A stretch of 64,000 nt of DNA. Source: Perna viridis. Taxonomy: Eukaryota. Positions 27,068-40,050 of the stretch are shown piece by piece; position 1 is the first letter of the stretch; each line of letters begins with the position of its first letter. The notes under the pieces are model-generated. The model had not been told where the DNA came from. It ran no database searches and worked only from the letters and a program-made list of their open reading frames with translations. The translations under genes and the position numbers were made by a program. Location of the stretch: assembly GCA_037379345.1 (NCBI GenBank), contig CM074514.1, positions 13,826,001-13,890,000 on the forward strand, written 5' to 3'.

Positions 27068-27862
27068 ATGATAACACAGAGTAGAGTTTACTGCAAAGCA
27101 AAGGTCTTTCCACCTTTACACGTAACACTGGCTTGCCAAAATGCAGAGCAGGACTTGAAAGCATTCAAACACAGTATAAAGAGAAGACCAAGTCAAGTAA
27201 AAAGAGATTTCATTCAAGCAGAACTCGAAACTATTCGTTGGCTTCAGGGACAGCCGACTGACATCAAAATAGGCAACAACGACTTTATAGACGATTCTCA
27301 TGTTTTGAACACATTAGAAAAAATCGATTCTGATCGGCCAATTAGACGACGTGATAGCAGGTTTTTCTGTTTTACCGAAAAAATAACATTGGCAAAGAGA
27401 AAAGACGCCAATTCTGGACGAAAACCAATTAACCGCAAACGAAAACAAACTCTAGAAGGCAGCAACAACTCCAGCTGTCGCTCCGAATCAAACTGTAAAC
27501 CATGCAAGCAATATGTTTTGTATCCACGAGTACAAAATTGCGAGTGTTGCATGAGACATTCGCTCTCTGACGCTCAAGGGGTAAATACAGATGTACATAG
27601 TAACGTAAAAACATACTTCAATAACTGCTCGATGCCAAGAATATCTGCAGCCGATATTGAAGTGAAAGGAAGTGGATATGGAAGTAACATTGGTAGCCAA
27701 TCAAAGTCTAAAATAAACAAAATTGTCCTTTGTCTTCCGAAAATTCGAGTCAAGCGAGATACAACTGATCTTACGACAAAAACTAGCAAAATGAGTTTCC
27801 CAAAATTAACAATTTATGGAAAATACAACCAAATTCCTAAAGTTGCAAATACCTGTAAATAA
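27068..27862 (+). CDS. Intronless 264-aa basic protein of unknown function
   Basis: 795-bp uninterrupted ORF in AT-rich DNA with raised GC. CpG-rich upstream region with CCAAT and an RFX half-site (CATAGCAAC). AATAAA at the stop codon and again at about 27892. No recognisable domain. Confidence 0.65.
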   Translation: MITQSRVYCKAKVFPPLHVTLACQNAEQDLKAFKHSIKRRPSQVKRDFIQAELETIRWLQGQPTDIKIGNNDFIDDSHVLNTLEKIDSDRPIRRRDSRFFCFTEKITLAKRKDANSGRKPINRKRKQTLEGSNNSSCRSESNCKPCKQYVLYPRVQNCECCMRHSLSDAQGVNTDVHSNVKTYFNNCSMPRISAADIEVKGSGYGSNIGSQSKSKINKIVLCLPKIRVKRDTTDLTTKTSKMSFPKLTIYGKYNQIPKVANTCK

Positions 27863-28644
27863 AGTAGTACAATAAGAAAAAAATCTTGTAAAATAAAAAT
27901 ATTATAGCACATGCTGACTTTCATATAGCAAGTTTTATATAACAGAAAACCGCCATATATAAACGTTCCGAAACTCATGAAACAATCAGTAAAGAAAGAA
28001 AGAAATTTCGTTTGCAATATATTTGTTTAATCCTAATGAGGTTTCCATTGGGGTACCAAAATGATATTCCTTTAAATAAAATCATAAATTCACGACACCT
28101 TCATGATGCATTCCTTTGTAATATTTTCACTGAATGGACCAATAAACTAGCAAAAAAGAATACGATTTTATCAGGTGGAAATAATGGTTATCGAGAAAAA
28201 AGTGGGTTGTCAGAATCATCCGCCCAAGTGCCTGTAATCTTCACAGATGCTGCCTTTTGTGAAACAAGTATTTAAATCAAAATGAAAGTTAAATCTTGTG
28301 AAATTATCTACATTTGTATATCTTCTCTACGGGCTACAGAATGTAACGTTGCCATAGCGTTTTTTTCTTTTACCACAATGTCGTTAACGTCTGTAACTGA
28401 TCTGAATATCTTGTTTCCACTTTTCTTTTACGACATTTGGAAATCCAAAAGGGGTCGTAACTGGCTTCAGCATAACAATGTTCCATTCCGTTTAGCATTT
28501 AGATACAAACAATTATATTTGGACTGTTATGTTACAAATCATTGGTAAAATACAGGGCAATTCTATTCTTTGGTAAAACAAGATAATTCATTGTTTGAAC
28601 ACAGAACAAATCATCGGTTATAAAACAACTTGAGACAACAGGAC

Positions 28645-28871
28645 AAAAGAGTAATCAAGGGAACCAAGGTTATAGCGGTAATCAAAAGAATGCAATCCAG
28701 GGACAAAGACCAGACACGGAAAACAGACACACACAACAAAGAACATAAAGTAACTAAAATAATACATACAAAGTAACAAAAGCAGATGAGCAACGCGGAC
28801 TCCACTAAAAATTAGGAGCATGGACCAGGTGCACCGATAGGGTAAGCGTCATCTGCTTTTCTAGAAACACC
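28645..28871 (-). mobile_element. 5'-truncated 3' UTR copy of Penelope-like retroelement
   Basis: High similarity to 56107-56331. Contains the GACGCTTACCCT..CGGTGCACCTG motif common in bivalve repeats. Confidence 0.75.
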
Positions 28872-29171
28872 TGTTAGCGATGATTCTTCTGTTAAAAACA
28901 GGATAAAATCGGTTTGAAAGTATAAAAAAAACAGAACAATTAATCGGTAAAACTTGACAATTCATTAGTTAAATATATATGTATATATTTATTGAAAAAT
29001 AAATCGTTTGCAGGTTACGCAAATAAACAGAATAATTACAACGAAAGAAATGGCAGGGAGATTACAAACATGTATGCCTTTGACCAATATGGAACTTATT
29101 TTCGCAACTCCAAGGATTACTTTATAAAATCAACAGTAATGGGCAATACATCCATGAGATTGGTGAAAAAA

Positions 29172-30876
29172 AGCACTTGAAGCATTCTTTAAACAAAGAA
29201 ATGGGGAAACGAAACGAAATAAAACTAATGATCATTTTCCGACACAATCGATCTTATCTAGCAGTTCTTTTGGACCAAACCAAACTTCGTACACACAAAA
29301 CATAATTACAAAATTTGTTGTGCACTTGTTTTTTTTTTGTTGTTTTTGTTTTTTTGTTTGTTTGTTTGTTTTCGAAGGTGAATCTGTCAGCTAGAGACAA
29401 CTTATCTACGGTTCTTACACTTAGAACGGAACCCTGAATAGCTTTCTAGACTGTAAAATACTCTTACAGTCAATGATATTTCGTAAGAAATTGAATTCCT
29501 TTACTTCTTACAACAGTTATTGCTTACAGCGAGACAATTCATCGGATATCGAATGACAGCCGTGTCCAATGTACAGAATTTGATCCATGAATTGTTTAGG
29601 GTGGATTGTCGATTGTTGTAAGGGTTTGTTTTTTGTTTTTTTCATTTATGGGAAAAAATATTCGTTGTTGTTGCCATGTCTTATACCAACTCACTTAAAC
29701 GAGGTAAGATACTGGAGCATGCCCAGTATGATTGATGAAAATATAGGTTATTTTCCAGTAAACCTTTGCGTAATGTAAAACTTACTACTTAGTTACTCCT
29801 CTCGCTATTGAATAGGAAATGAATTTAAATTCAGACTTTAAGGATAAACTAATATGTAAATCGCTGTTCACGCATACCTTTTCTCACGGTAAATATCTAT
29901 AAAGCCATCATGAACTCCAGTCTCCGTACAATGTCTTCTTGATAAGTGTAATTTTGCTGCTTAAATAGCATTTGTCAGATGAAGTTATTCATTCCTTTAC
30001 ACCTGCAGTTTATTTAACTATGGAAGTATAGTGTCTAGATATTATACTTCCACGGTTTTGTGTACACGACATATTAGTGCTTTGGAAAGCACGAGTATAC
30101 CTTAAGAAAACATGAATATCTCTAGCGGTTACCTTTTAAAAGTGATGGACTACTTATTAGTGATTTCGAGTAAAAGAAGCTTTAGTTTACTTAAGAAAAT
30201 TTTAGGGGCATACAGTTTTACAAAAAGTGCATTCATGGTATATGCGACACTTGTCCTGCTCCTATCCACTATTAAGCTTTAGTTTTTGTTTAATTTTCGG
30301 CAGATGAAAAATTGGAACCAAACATGTTTCTGGTTAACCATGTTTTATCATGTATTCGAATCTTCCCTGTTTCCTGTGTCAAAAAAGAAGGTTTTTTTTT
30401 TGGGGGGGGGGAGGGCGGGGAAATTATCATAATTTTGCTTTTGTTTTTGTTTTTGTTTTTGTTTATCTTTCTTAATCATGATGACACATGATGCATAATC
30501 GCACACATTTACGACTGTGAACGGCAGACACGTGTACAACACGTAAATATCTACAGAATAAAGAAAAAAATGTGCATGTACCAACCGTTATTGTTGCGTG
30601 CTTAATCATTCAATATAACTATAATCACGCATTTTTCTTCTTCTGAACAGGAGACATAATAGTAGTACATTGTATGGATTTCAATGTCCAAACTAGTCAA
30701 AAATAATATTTACATTTAAAAAGAAATACTCAAAATGAACATAAACACTTGGTTTGGTCCAAAAGGACTGCTTGATAAGAATAGTTGTGTCTACGGAAAT
30801 GGTCATTAGGTTTTGCAACGACAGTCTCATTTCGTTTTCCCCATTTTTCATTTTGTAAAATAATGCCTCAAGTGCT
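29172..30876. repeat. Long diverged inverted repeat pair (about 110-130 bp arms), putative non-autonomous DNA transposon
   Basis: 29172-29283 (AGCACTTGA...TTTTGGACCAAACCAA) is the reverse complement, with indels, of 30749-30876 (TTGGTTTGGTCCAAAA...TCAAGTGCT). Confidence 0.75.
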
Positions 30877-30989
30877 GAAATATGATTAAAGAAAGATAAC
30901 CCAATACAACCCAGTACACTACAATTTTTTAACTTAACACTTCTAGTATTAAGAAATATTTATTTAAGAAAATTTAAGTCAAGACAATC

Positions 30990-31280
30990 TGTTTGTAAAA
31001 TTAAAATGAGCCCTCATTATGTAAGGGTACAGATTGACAGATTTTCAAATACATATATATAGATAAAATTAATAGAAAGTGTCACTATTGTACATTAGAT
31101 AAGGTTGAAAGTGATGTTCATTTTGTTACAGAATGTATCATTTGTAAGAATATTAGAAATGACATATACATGTATTAAAAATTATCCTTAACATATAAAC
31201 ACTTTAAGGATTTGAATAATGAAAAATTTCAATGGCTCAAATGTTTCGGAAAGTTTTGTCAAGTATTTTTTTTTTCGAGG
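30990..31280 (+). pseudogene. LINE ORF2 C-terminal remnant
   Basis: Translates RKCHYCTLDKVESDVHFVTECIICKNIR at about 31074-31157, the same knuckle type as in the 24660-26711 LINE. Confidence 0.6.
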
Positions 31281-31323
31281 AAAAAGTCAACGACTATTAC
31301 CACAAGTTGATGAAAATTATGAC

Positions 31324-31571
31324 TTTGCTCACCTGGCCTAAGATCATGTGAGCTATTGCCCTCACTTGGCGTCCGTCGTCGTCTGTCGTCTTCTTTAAAA
31401 CTCTTATCCTCTGAATCCACTCGGTCACCAGCCTCCTTACGGTATTTACTTACAAAAGGTATGTCGATTATAGATCAAGCCTAAAACATGGCCGCTGTTG
31501 CTCTTTTAGATCACACTGGCAAAAATTGAACCATGCAGGTGAGCGATTCATGTTCCTGGGAGCCTCTAGTT
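31324..31571 (+). mobile_element. Short HINE/pearl-type element (internal deletion derivative)
   Basis: 5' GCTCACCTG...GTGAGCTATTGC..TCACTTGGCGTCCGTCGTCGTC. 3' CAGGTGAGCGATTCA...GAGCCTCTAGTTT (subterminal inverted repeat plus short palindrome). Confidence 0.8.
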
Positions 31572-34500
31572 TATCATATACTATTGTTGATGTTAATGGC
31601 ATATAATCATAACTGTTCATAAATGTCCGTGTCCCTTGGAGCCCTTAATGGGAAAATTAAAAAAATCCTTCTTTTCTTCTTCTTATACTTTTATATTGCA
31701 TTGATGTTTACCCTATCTATACATATCGTAGTACATGCCAACATATATCAGTGGGGATCGAGGATGGTTCGGCCGCAAGTTTGATCCCTTATTGAAAAAT
31801 TTTGATAATTTCATTAAACAATTGGTCAAAAATTAGCAAATATAAGTAATAGCTTGGATCCCCCTTTTCTGAAATCTCTCTGAATCAGCCATCAATAACA
31901 CCTTTAAAATACAGATTATTGACACAGAAAAACATGAAAAATACATTTGGGTGTCATTCGAAACAAGTTAACATTGTGGATACAAACTTCTTTTTGACAT
32001 TTTAATTCTACTTTTCAGTTCCGGTTGATTATTTAATTTAATCTGAATATGTTTACAAGTTGTTCAAAATCATTTTGGATATGTTTGCAAGTTATTCAAA
32101 GAATTAAAATCACAAGGGTGCCTCTTTTTTCCGACATGTTTGAATTACCCCCCTTCTACCGTATTCTTTGTACTGAATGGGCGTTGGTGCATTATTCATA
32201 ATTTGTGTGGGATTTGGTGTGTAATAGTAAAAAGATGTAACAGGTTGATTAAAGCTGTTCGATCGATAGAAGCAGAGAGGTAAGATGTTCTTTGTGTATC
32301 GTTTTAAATCTAATTATTTCATAACGTTGTCTTTTTGAAGCATTATTTTTGTTGGAATATGGCATTTTAGCTACATAGTTTCGGTTTCTATATTTAAATC
32401 GTTGTATTTTTTTTCGGTTATGTTTAAAAAAAAAAGTATAAGGCAATGAAAATAGACGCGACAAATAAATGTTTGGTAATCTATTAAAAAGGTGTATGAG
32501 TCTGTGAGTTTTTGTTTGAACCAGGATAGCATCCTTTTCTTTGATATTTACCGGTATTTACAAATCCATCAAATAGGACAACCTTTGTGATGCTAGCTTT
32601 GATTCAAATTCCACTCAGTTTCTCATGAGAGAATTTTATTCCCTTTGGGAAGGTATTTTAACTTGACTTGGAAAGAAATGCATATAGCCTTCGTCAACGA
32701 TTCGGAAAGTCTCTAAATCAAGTACACCTTAAATTTATTTAACTCATAAAACATACATAACATAGCATCAGAAAATTCAGTTGACTTCACTCAGATCGAA
32801 TCATTGACTTGATGTAAACATACTTGACACACTGCGTGATACATACCGTAAGTATTCTCAACGTTCCTCGCTGATGACGTTTTTTAAATCAGCGTTTGTT
32901 TTCGTTTTAGTGATATTTCCGTGTTCATTCAAGTAGAAGAATTGACACACAATCACTCCTAATTACCCTTATGTTAATCTTTCGCTAAACAAATTGAATA
33001 AAATGTCACTACTTATACGACCATGTACATCCATGTAACCTACTATTATTAATAAAGCAACCTTGTTCCACAATAAAAATAAAAACCTTTATAAAATGAT
33101 GATGATTGACAAACAACGTAGTCGGTGTTAGTAATTATAGAAAATGGAATTTATCCAATGCCATATTTATTGATAGCAAATACACTTTAATAATTTATCA
33201 AAAACATTTCAAATCATCATTTGTACACGCAATCATTACAAATCAGTGAACATTTCGGTCATGCAACAAATCTCTTGTGAATGACTGCTTCAGCGCCATT
33301 CCTCAAATCGGGTGGGAATAAAGGGATATAAGAGACAAGATAGAAATAGTTCAGATGGGATGGCATGAAAGTATCGAGTAGAAAGAATCATATTGAAATC
33401 ACAGGGAAATACTTTAGGAGCTATGGGTTCACATATCTTGTGTTGAGGATAACAACTGATATTTTTGTTCGTTCAAACATACTTAGATTGCTACTGCAGT
33501 TCAAGTTACCGACATAAACGAATACGCCAGCTTTTCATCAGGATGACAGTTTAAGATACCCAACATGTTATTAGACCGGATGCATTCTCTTTCTATATAC
33601 AACACAATGCATTGTGTGCAGCATTCTTGATTATCCAAATTTGGAGTAAGGAACCGAGTCACTACTATGATCACAGTATGTTCATTCAGTGTCTTATACA
33701 TAACAAACAGTCATATATATATGTGCAACGAGAATCACACAACAAAAATTTAAAAAAATATGTATACATGTATAAATAAATATAGTAGTTCAGAGCTCCC
33801 AGTCATTCTAGGGTCTGACATGTCATATAAAAACAACTCGGATTTGATTTACTATGTAAAATCAATTGGTGTTACTAAAGAAAAAATAAAAAGTGTACTC
33901 TGCTTGAACAGTGTAAATGGGCTAAAAGTCATATTATTATTTTTTTTTTTTGGCCAAAAACAAAGGTCATCAATGCTCGATGCTTTATATTACATCAATG
34001 TTTATCTAGTAGTATATACGTAATGTAGGGTCACACTTTGGTCAGAATGCACGCGAATATGTGAAAAAACAAAATGAGTCAGAGGTCAATGATGGTCAGT
34101 ATTTTTCTGTTCTTGGCTTATGTTACAAGTAAATTTAAGTATATATAGAGTCAGTTTAAGCAAGCTATTAATAATGGTCTAGGATTCACCAGTTCACCAG
34201 TTCATATAAGATAAATCTATACTAATATCTTGTTCGTTTTGTTCGGGTTTTAATATGCATAGGCCAAATATTTCAGAGTGAAATGTTTGATAAGGGTCTT
34301 AGCATGGACTATTACAATCGGGCTAAACAAACAGTGAATACACCCACGACGGACAATATACTTTGTTACGTTTCTGGTCAAAGATTTGATAAATTGTCAA
34401 AAATGTGCATATATGTTAGCTAATATACACCCAAGTATTTTATATAAACCCACACATCTAGGTTATAATATATGTAGGTATGACATTTTCATCTCGTACA

Positions 34501-37500
34501 CCTACAAATTTTAGTTTTACAACTTTCCACGCCCGAAGGAAAATATTGAATGTTGACGAATTCAAGTTTAGGATAAATTCACCTGTATAGGTAAAATTTT
34601 TATTAGCTACATTTGTCATTGATGACTAGAGGAACTATATTCTATTACGATATATTTATTATCATATGTAGCTGACGGGCGTGGTCTTTCCGAATTTATA
34701 ATTGCATCACTGATCCTAGCCTAGGGAGGCTTTGAATTGTCTTGCATGTATCGGTACTGATCTGATCGCTTACATCAAACAACAACAACAACAGGTTAGC
34801 GATCTATTGTTAGGATTTTGAGTAATTTTAGGAATTTACTATAAGTATTAGATGTAATAATACAGTGTCATTCTATTAAGTGACAGGTTACTACGACAGG
34901 TAGGTCACTCTATACTTATCATCTATAAAAAAAAAGTAGAAAAAAAAGGAAAACAAGGCGTTGCCTTCGCAAGTGAGCTGCAGAATGATACAAAGTTATG
35001 CATGTGGAAAAGTATAGAAATTTTTGTTGCCAGCAACAATCATAGCGACGTTACATTTATCGAAGTTTTGTTTGCCATGGAGGCTTTCGCTGATGCATTG
35101 AATATTTTGTTGATTTCTGTCTGTGTTAGATGTAAGATTGTTCAAGAGTTATATTTCAGACTTAACAATCGAACTAAACTGCATACCTATATTGTTTTTT
35201 TTTCTATCTAAATAATGTCTTGCTTACTGATTTTTTTCTAATAGACTGTTCGTGTTAATGGAAGTTGTATTGCAAATTCTTTAAAATATAGAGCAACCCA
35301 AATATTTTTAGGGCTTAATGACTTGTCAGTGTTGTTGTATAAAACGTGGTCTAAGATGACAAGAACTTGAAAAGGTTCATTACTTAAAACAAATTGTAAC
35401 ATTGCTTATATATTAAATGGACTTAGACAAATGTACTTTATTTGACAATTAGCCAAGATAAAGGATTAAACATCTCTATCCGCCTTCTCTTTATTTTTGA
35501 AACATGTATTTCCTTAAGCTTATCAAAATAATTATTAAGATAACTAGTGTTCAGGTCAGCACACAAACTTAATAGCGACACCTTCCATCCATAACATTCT
35601 AGTTATTGTTGTTGATGACTCGTATAAGCGTATGTATTTTATGTGTTTAGTTTAAAAGCGTTTTATCTATGTATCCAACTTTTTCTCTAAAGCGGACATT
35701 CGATCTTGGCCCTTTCACTAAATCTTCAAAGCATCAGTGTAAGTCTGCTATGCTCACAATCAGCATATCTATGAATACGGTGAACAAACAATGAAAAGCA
35801 CGCATTGTATTTTTAGACTACATTTCCGCCTGTTTTGAGGATTATTCGTGCTTATATTGTATATTTGCATATTTTTTTCTAAAATCATTGTAATCATTGT
35901 ATTAAATACTTCTACTCGAGATGGTCCATGCTATCTTATCTTATGATATAGTCCATATATAGTCTATAACCACAGTGCGTGTAGCTGTGATATGTGAAAT
36001 CGAGCTGTATACGCCGATGAGATAATGTTAGGATACTACACTGTTAATGGAACAAGTATGCAGCATTCAAACCCGTAGTTCTGTAAGAACGTTCTGAATA
36101 TCACACGAACTACAGGGATTGGTAGCTTTCAATATTCATGATTAGTGGTATTTAGCTTTCTCATGTTGACATGTAGCAAAGCTGTTCTGCATGTAACTGA
36201 GTTCGTATTATTTATGTGCACAATTATCAATATGTTAATATGAGCCTTTTCGTTTGCTTGATAATTAGAGAGAAAAAAATGATTGATCTCTTAATATACG
36301 GTAGCTTCCTCCGCCCCAGTCTTATTTCCTTATTATCGATGCATTTACTGATCTAAAATCCTTAGCAACCACTCAGTCCTTACTCATGTATACCTTCGAA
36401 TGATTACCGTATTAAACGTGCTTCTTAGCATGAAGTATTCATTTTGTAAAGTATTCTTGTTCACCTTAGATTTGAAGGGGTATTGTCGTTTATGATGTAG
36501 GAGTTTAGGGTCAACGACATACTTAAATGACGATACAATGAAACTACAAAAAAAAATACGTTTTGATTCATAAAAGGCGTTTATAGATCTCCCCTGACAT
36601 CTAGACATAGATTAATGTTTTGTTTCAACACGTACAGAAAGTTTGATACCAGAGTTGATGCATGTATTTCTTTTACCTGTACAGTATAAACTCGCTCCGC
36701 GTCTTTATATTTGAATGAAATGAACTTTTTCCTATTATATAATGTGCAAAGTGAAAGCCGAAATAAGTCGGAAGTTGTGAGAACTTTGAGAGTTTTAAAT
36801 ATCAGACAATATCACAAAAAGGCAAATAATATTGTTCATACCTTAGAAATCTCATACGAGTGCATATTTTGATCGTCATATTTTAATTTTGAGATTACGC
36901 TGGACTCAAGAGAGGGGGGTACACCCCACTTATGGAAATCAGTGTAAATACAGACATCAAGCGAAAAAAGTATAAAAGATACAAGTATTGATTAAAAACA
37001 TAAGATAAATCGATTCTAAAGGTTTAAAGAGAGATATCTTACTAGACATTGGCTGTAAACAATATTGTATATGAGATTATCACTAAGTTTTTTTTATTAG
37101 TACATGCATATATGAGAATCGGGCAAATAAAGTAATACAATATTCGGTCAGAGTTGAAGTAATAGTGACATTAATTGTTGGTTAGAATCTGAAAGGTGTT
37201 AATTACAGATAGATTGTTTTTAAATGGTGCACTATTACAGTCTTCTTGATATTATTTTCTATAGTTAAGAAATGTTTCTGATTTTTAAATAGGCTATACG
37301 AAATAACCTGGTTTGCGGCAATTTATATGCACAAAAAGGTGTAAATGGGTCCAAACCAGGTCACTGGGTATAACCCGTTCAAAAATTAGATACATCCCTA
37401 TTTCTACTGAATTACAGTCCAATTATCAACATGGACATCAAAATGGTAAACAGGTGTAATTTAGAAGAAGAATGGTATCCGGAACGTTTCAGTCCCCTGC

Positions 37501-38257
37501 CATATTAGGTTCTCTCCTCAGCATCAGATGACTGATTTTCAAAATACCTTATTTCGCACGAACTTTTGGAACTTAAATTGTGAGAGAATGAATCGAAAAG
37601 GTCTTATTATTTTTACCCTTTTTCCACCTACTCCATGCATGCTTTCATTCTGTGGTAGTGTCTAAGTGCCTGATATTTTATAAAACATAGTAATTGGCAG
37701 TCAGTTTTGGAAAGGCACCCCTGATTTGTACTAAAACTCAGTAATATTTTTTTCAGTATGTTACCATGGCTACTGGATTTTATAACAATAATCACTAAAT
37801 TACTTTTAAATGACTTGAACCTCCACACACCAAGGATTTCAAAAATATGCACTTTTTTATGACAAAACACTAGAAATTTCTGTGCAGACTGCTTAAAAAC
37901 ACCTTTATTTCAACAAAATGGGACCAAATATTCAGAAATGACTTAACTGTATTGTACTACCTAAAATAATATGGTTTGTAAAAATTAGACGATGTTTTTA
38001 GGATATCGAACATTTATTGTTTTTTTTTTTTGTTCGCGTGCCTGTTATTTATTCAGCATCTTCAGGAATTGAACAAGAAACAGAAGTATCACATCTAAAT
38101 TGGGATCGATGCAATGAAATCGTTTTGATTCTCGTGGATTTTTCATTTTTAACAGCTATGATAAGATATTCATTCTTACATTTTGATAGTCGTTATCAAA
38201 GAAATCTGCTATTAGACAAAGTAGCAATACCGAAATCTTGCTAAATGATGGGAAATT

Positions 38258-38409
38258 CATGGACAAAAAAATGCTGGGGAAACCAAAACATGGACAAAAC
38301 AATGCCGGTAACACCAAAAACATGGACAAATCATAGCCGGGGATACCAAAACATGGACAAAACAATACAAGGACCAAAACTTGGAAAAACAATGCAGGGA
38401 ATACCAAAA
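38258..38409. repeat. Minisatellite, about 31-bp unit x5
   Basis: Approximate consensus CATGGACAAAACAATGCCGGGGATACCAAAA. Confidence 0.85.
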
Positions 38410-38989
38410 GGATAATAGACAAAGCCCGAATCGCCCCCGAAAGAACTCAGAAAGCACACTATTTAAAAATCTTTTATATAAAAACTGCAGGATGTAGTCG
38501 GGGTGTGCTTTCAGACCTGGTTTTAAAGTTTAACAAAACTATTTTTACTTTGTAACTTTTAAGGGATTATATACGTAATATTTCCCATTTCTACTAATAA
38601 GGAAGAAAATAGTGTTTTAGTGTGTTACCTATGATGCAAAAAAAGAACAGGTATTTGCTTTGCCTCACAACGGAATACGTTTGTCAATAAATCGGGAAGT
38701 ATATACTACAGATTGCGAATACAAAGTTAATACTTGTCTAGTGAGAGTTTTACTTTAATAATCTTTATCATAGACTAACACAGCGTACCCATGTTCCTTA
38801 GTTAGATGCATTTTTATGTGAATGTTATAAAGCATTATCTTTCGTATACGTGCACGGTGCTTTTAACTATCTTTTTTTCGATTTTCAGTATATAAAATGT
38901 ATGCTGAAAAGGATATATGTATTTTTCTCAAATTAATCTAACTTTTACTTCCCTCTTTAACAGGTTGTGAGTGGTTGAAAAAAGAAAAG

Positions 38990-39725
38990 ATGGCAAATAC
39001 AACGGACAGTTCGATGTCCCCAAACACAACAACTGCACGTCCCTATGACGTCGATTACTACATGTGTAGTGAGGAAGGAATACTTCTTCCTGCAATCTCC
39101 GAATACACCTGGTCTAGAGGCGCAAGGGCGTTTTTCTATCTTCTAGGAATGTTGTGGTGTTTTTTAGGTGTTGCAATTATAGCAGACATTTTTATGTGCT
39201 CTATAGAGAAAATTACAAGCAAAACTGCTAAAGTGAGAATTCCTGATCCAAATGAAACAAGTGGGTTTAGAATAATCCGGGTGAAAGTCTGGAACAACAC
39301 TGTTGCCAATCTTAGCCTTCTTGCTCTAGGAACAAGTGCACCAGAAATTCTCTTGTCATGTATTGAGATTATATTTAATAACTTTACCGCCGGTGAACTC
39401 GGTCCAGGTACCATTGTCGGATCAGCAGCTTTTAATTTATTCGTTATTTCTGGAATTTGTATAATGGCAATCCCAGATGGCGAAACACGTCGTATTCAAA
39501 GCATGAAAGTGTTTGGAGTCACCACATTTTCCTGTATATTTGCCTATCTCTGGTTAATTATTGTCTTAATTGCTTGGACACCGAATGAAGTACGAATCGA
39601 GGAAGCTGTGCTCACATTATTAATGTTCCCTGCTTTGATTTTGATTGCGTTTCTTGCTGATAAAAATTGGTGTATGAAAAAGAAGGAAGAGGAACAACCT
39701 TCTATGGTAGGATTTAAAATGCGTG
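38990..39725 (+). CDS. Na+/Ca2+ exchanger (SLC8/NCX), coding exon 1: TM1-5, alpha-1 repeat
   Basis: FLGVAIIADIFMCSIEKITS, VWNNTVANLSLLALGTSAPEILLS, GELGPGTIVGSAAFNLF. Acceptor at 38961-38963 and donor GTAGGT at 39726. Confidence 0.97.
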
Positions 39726-39961
39726 GTAGGTAGAACTCTCTCTCTCTTATACCTCATTACAGACATAAGTTCAATAACTACATTTAAATTTTGAAATCGT
39801 TTTCATAGACCTACATTAGACTCTGAAAAGAGCTCATAAAAACTAAAAAAAAATAGTAAACATAACTCTATATATAAACGATGTTTTTATCATTGAACAG
39901 TTAACATCTTATATTATATGATGTATTTTGTTATTCACAGAAATGATATTATATATTTCAG

Positions 39962-40050
39962 ATGAGAAGAATGTGGAAGAAGGAGGAAGCCTGACAATGG
40001 ACAAAGATTCTGATGAGGAGGACAACGCTGAAATCATGTCTCTTGCCAAG
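39962..40050 (+). CDS. NCX exon 2
   Basis: TTTCAG acceptor and GTATAT donor. DEKNVEEGGSLTMDKDSDEEDNAEIMSLAK, phase 1 to 0. Confidence 0.85.

Noticed and set aside
28611-28821. Hydrophobic Cys-rich ORFs (also 56085-56267)
   Set aside because: They lie in the T-rich 3' UTR of a dispersed retroelement and frames are not conserved between copies.
37479-37522. Minus-strand CTGAGGA...GAAACGTTC hammerhead-like core
   Set aside because: Stem II pairs poorly and no stem I can be formed.
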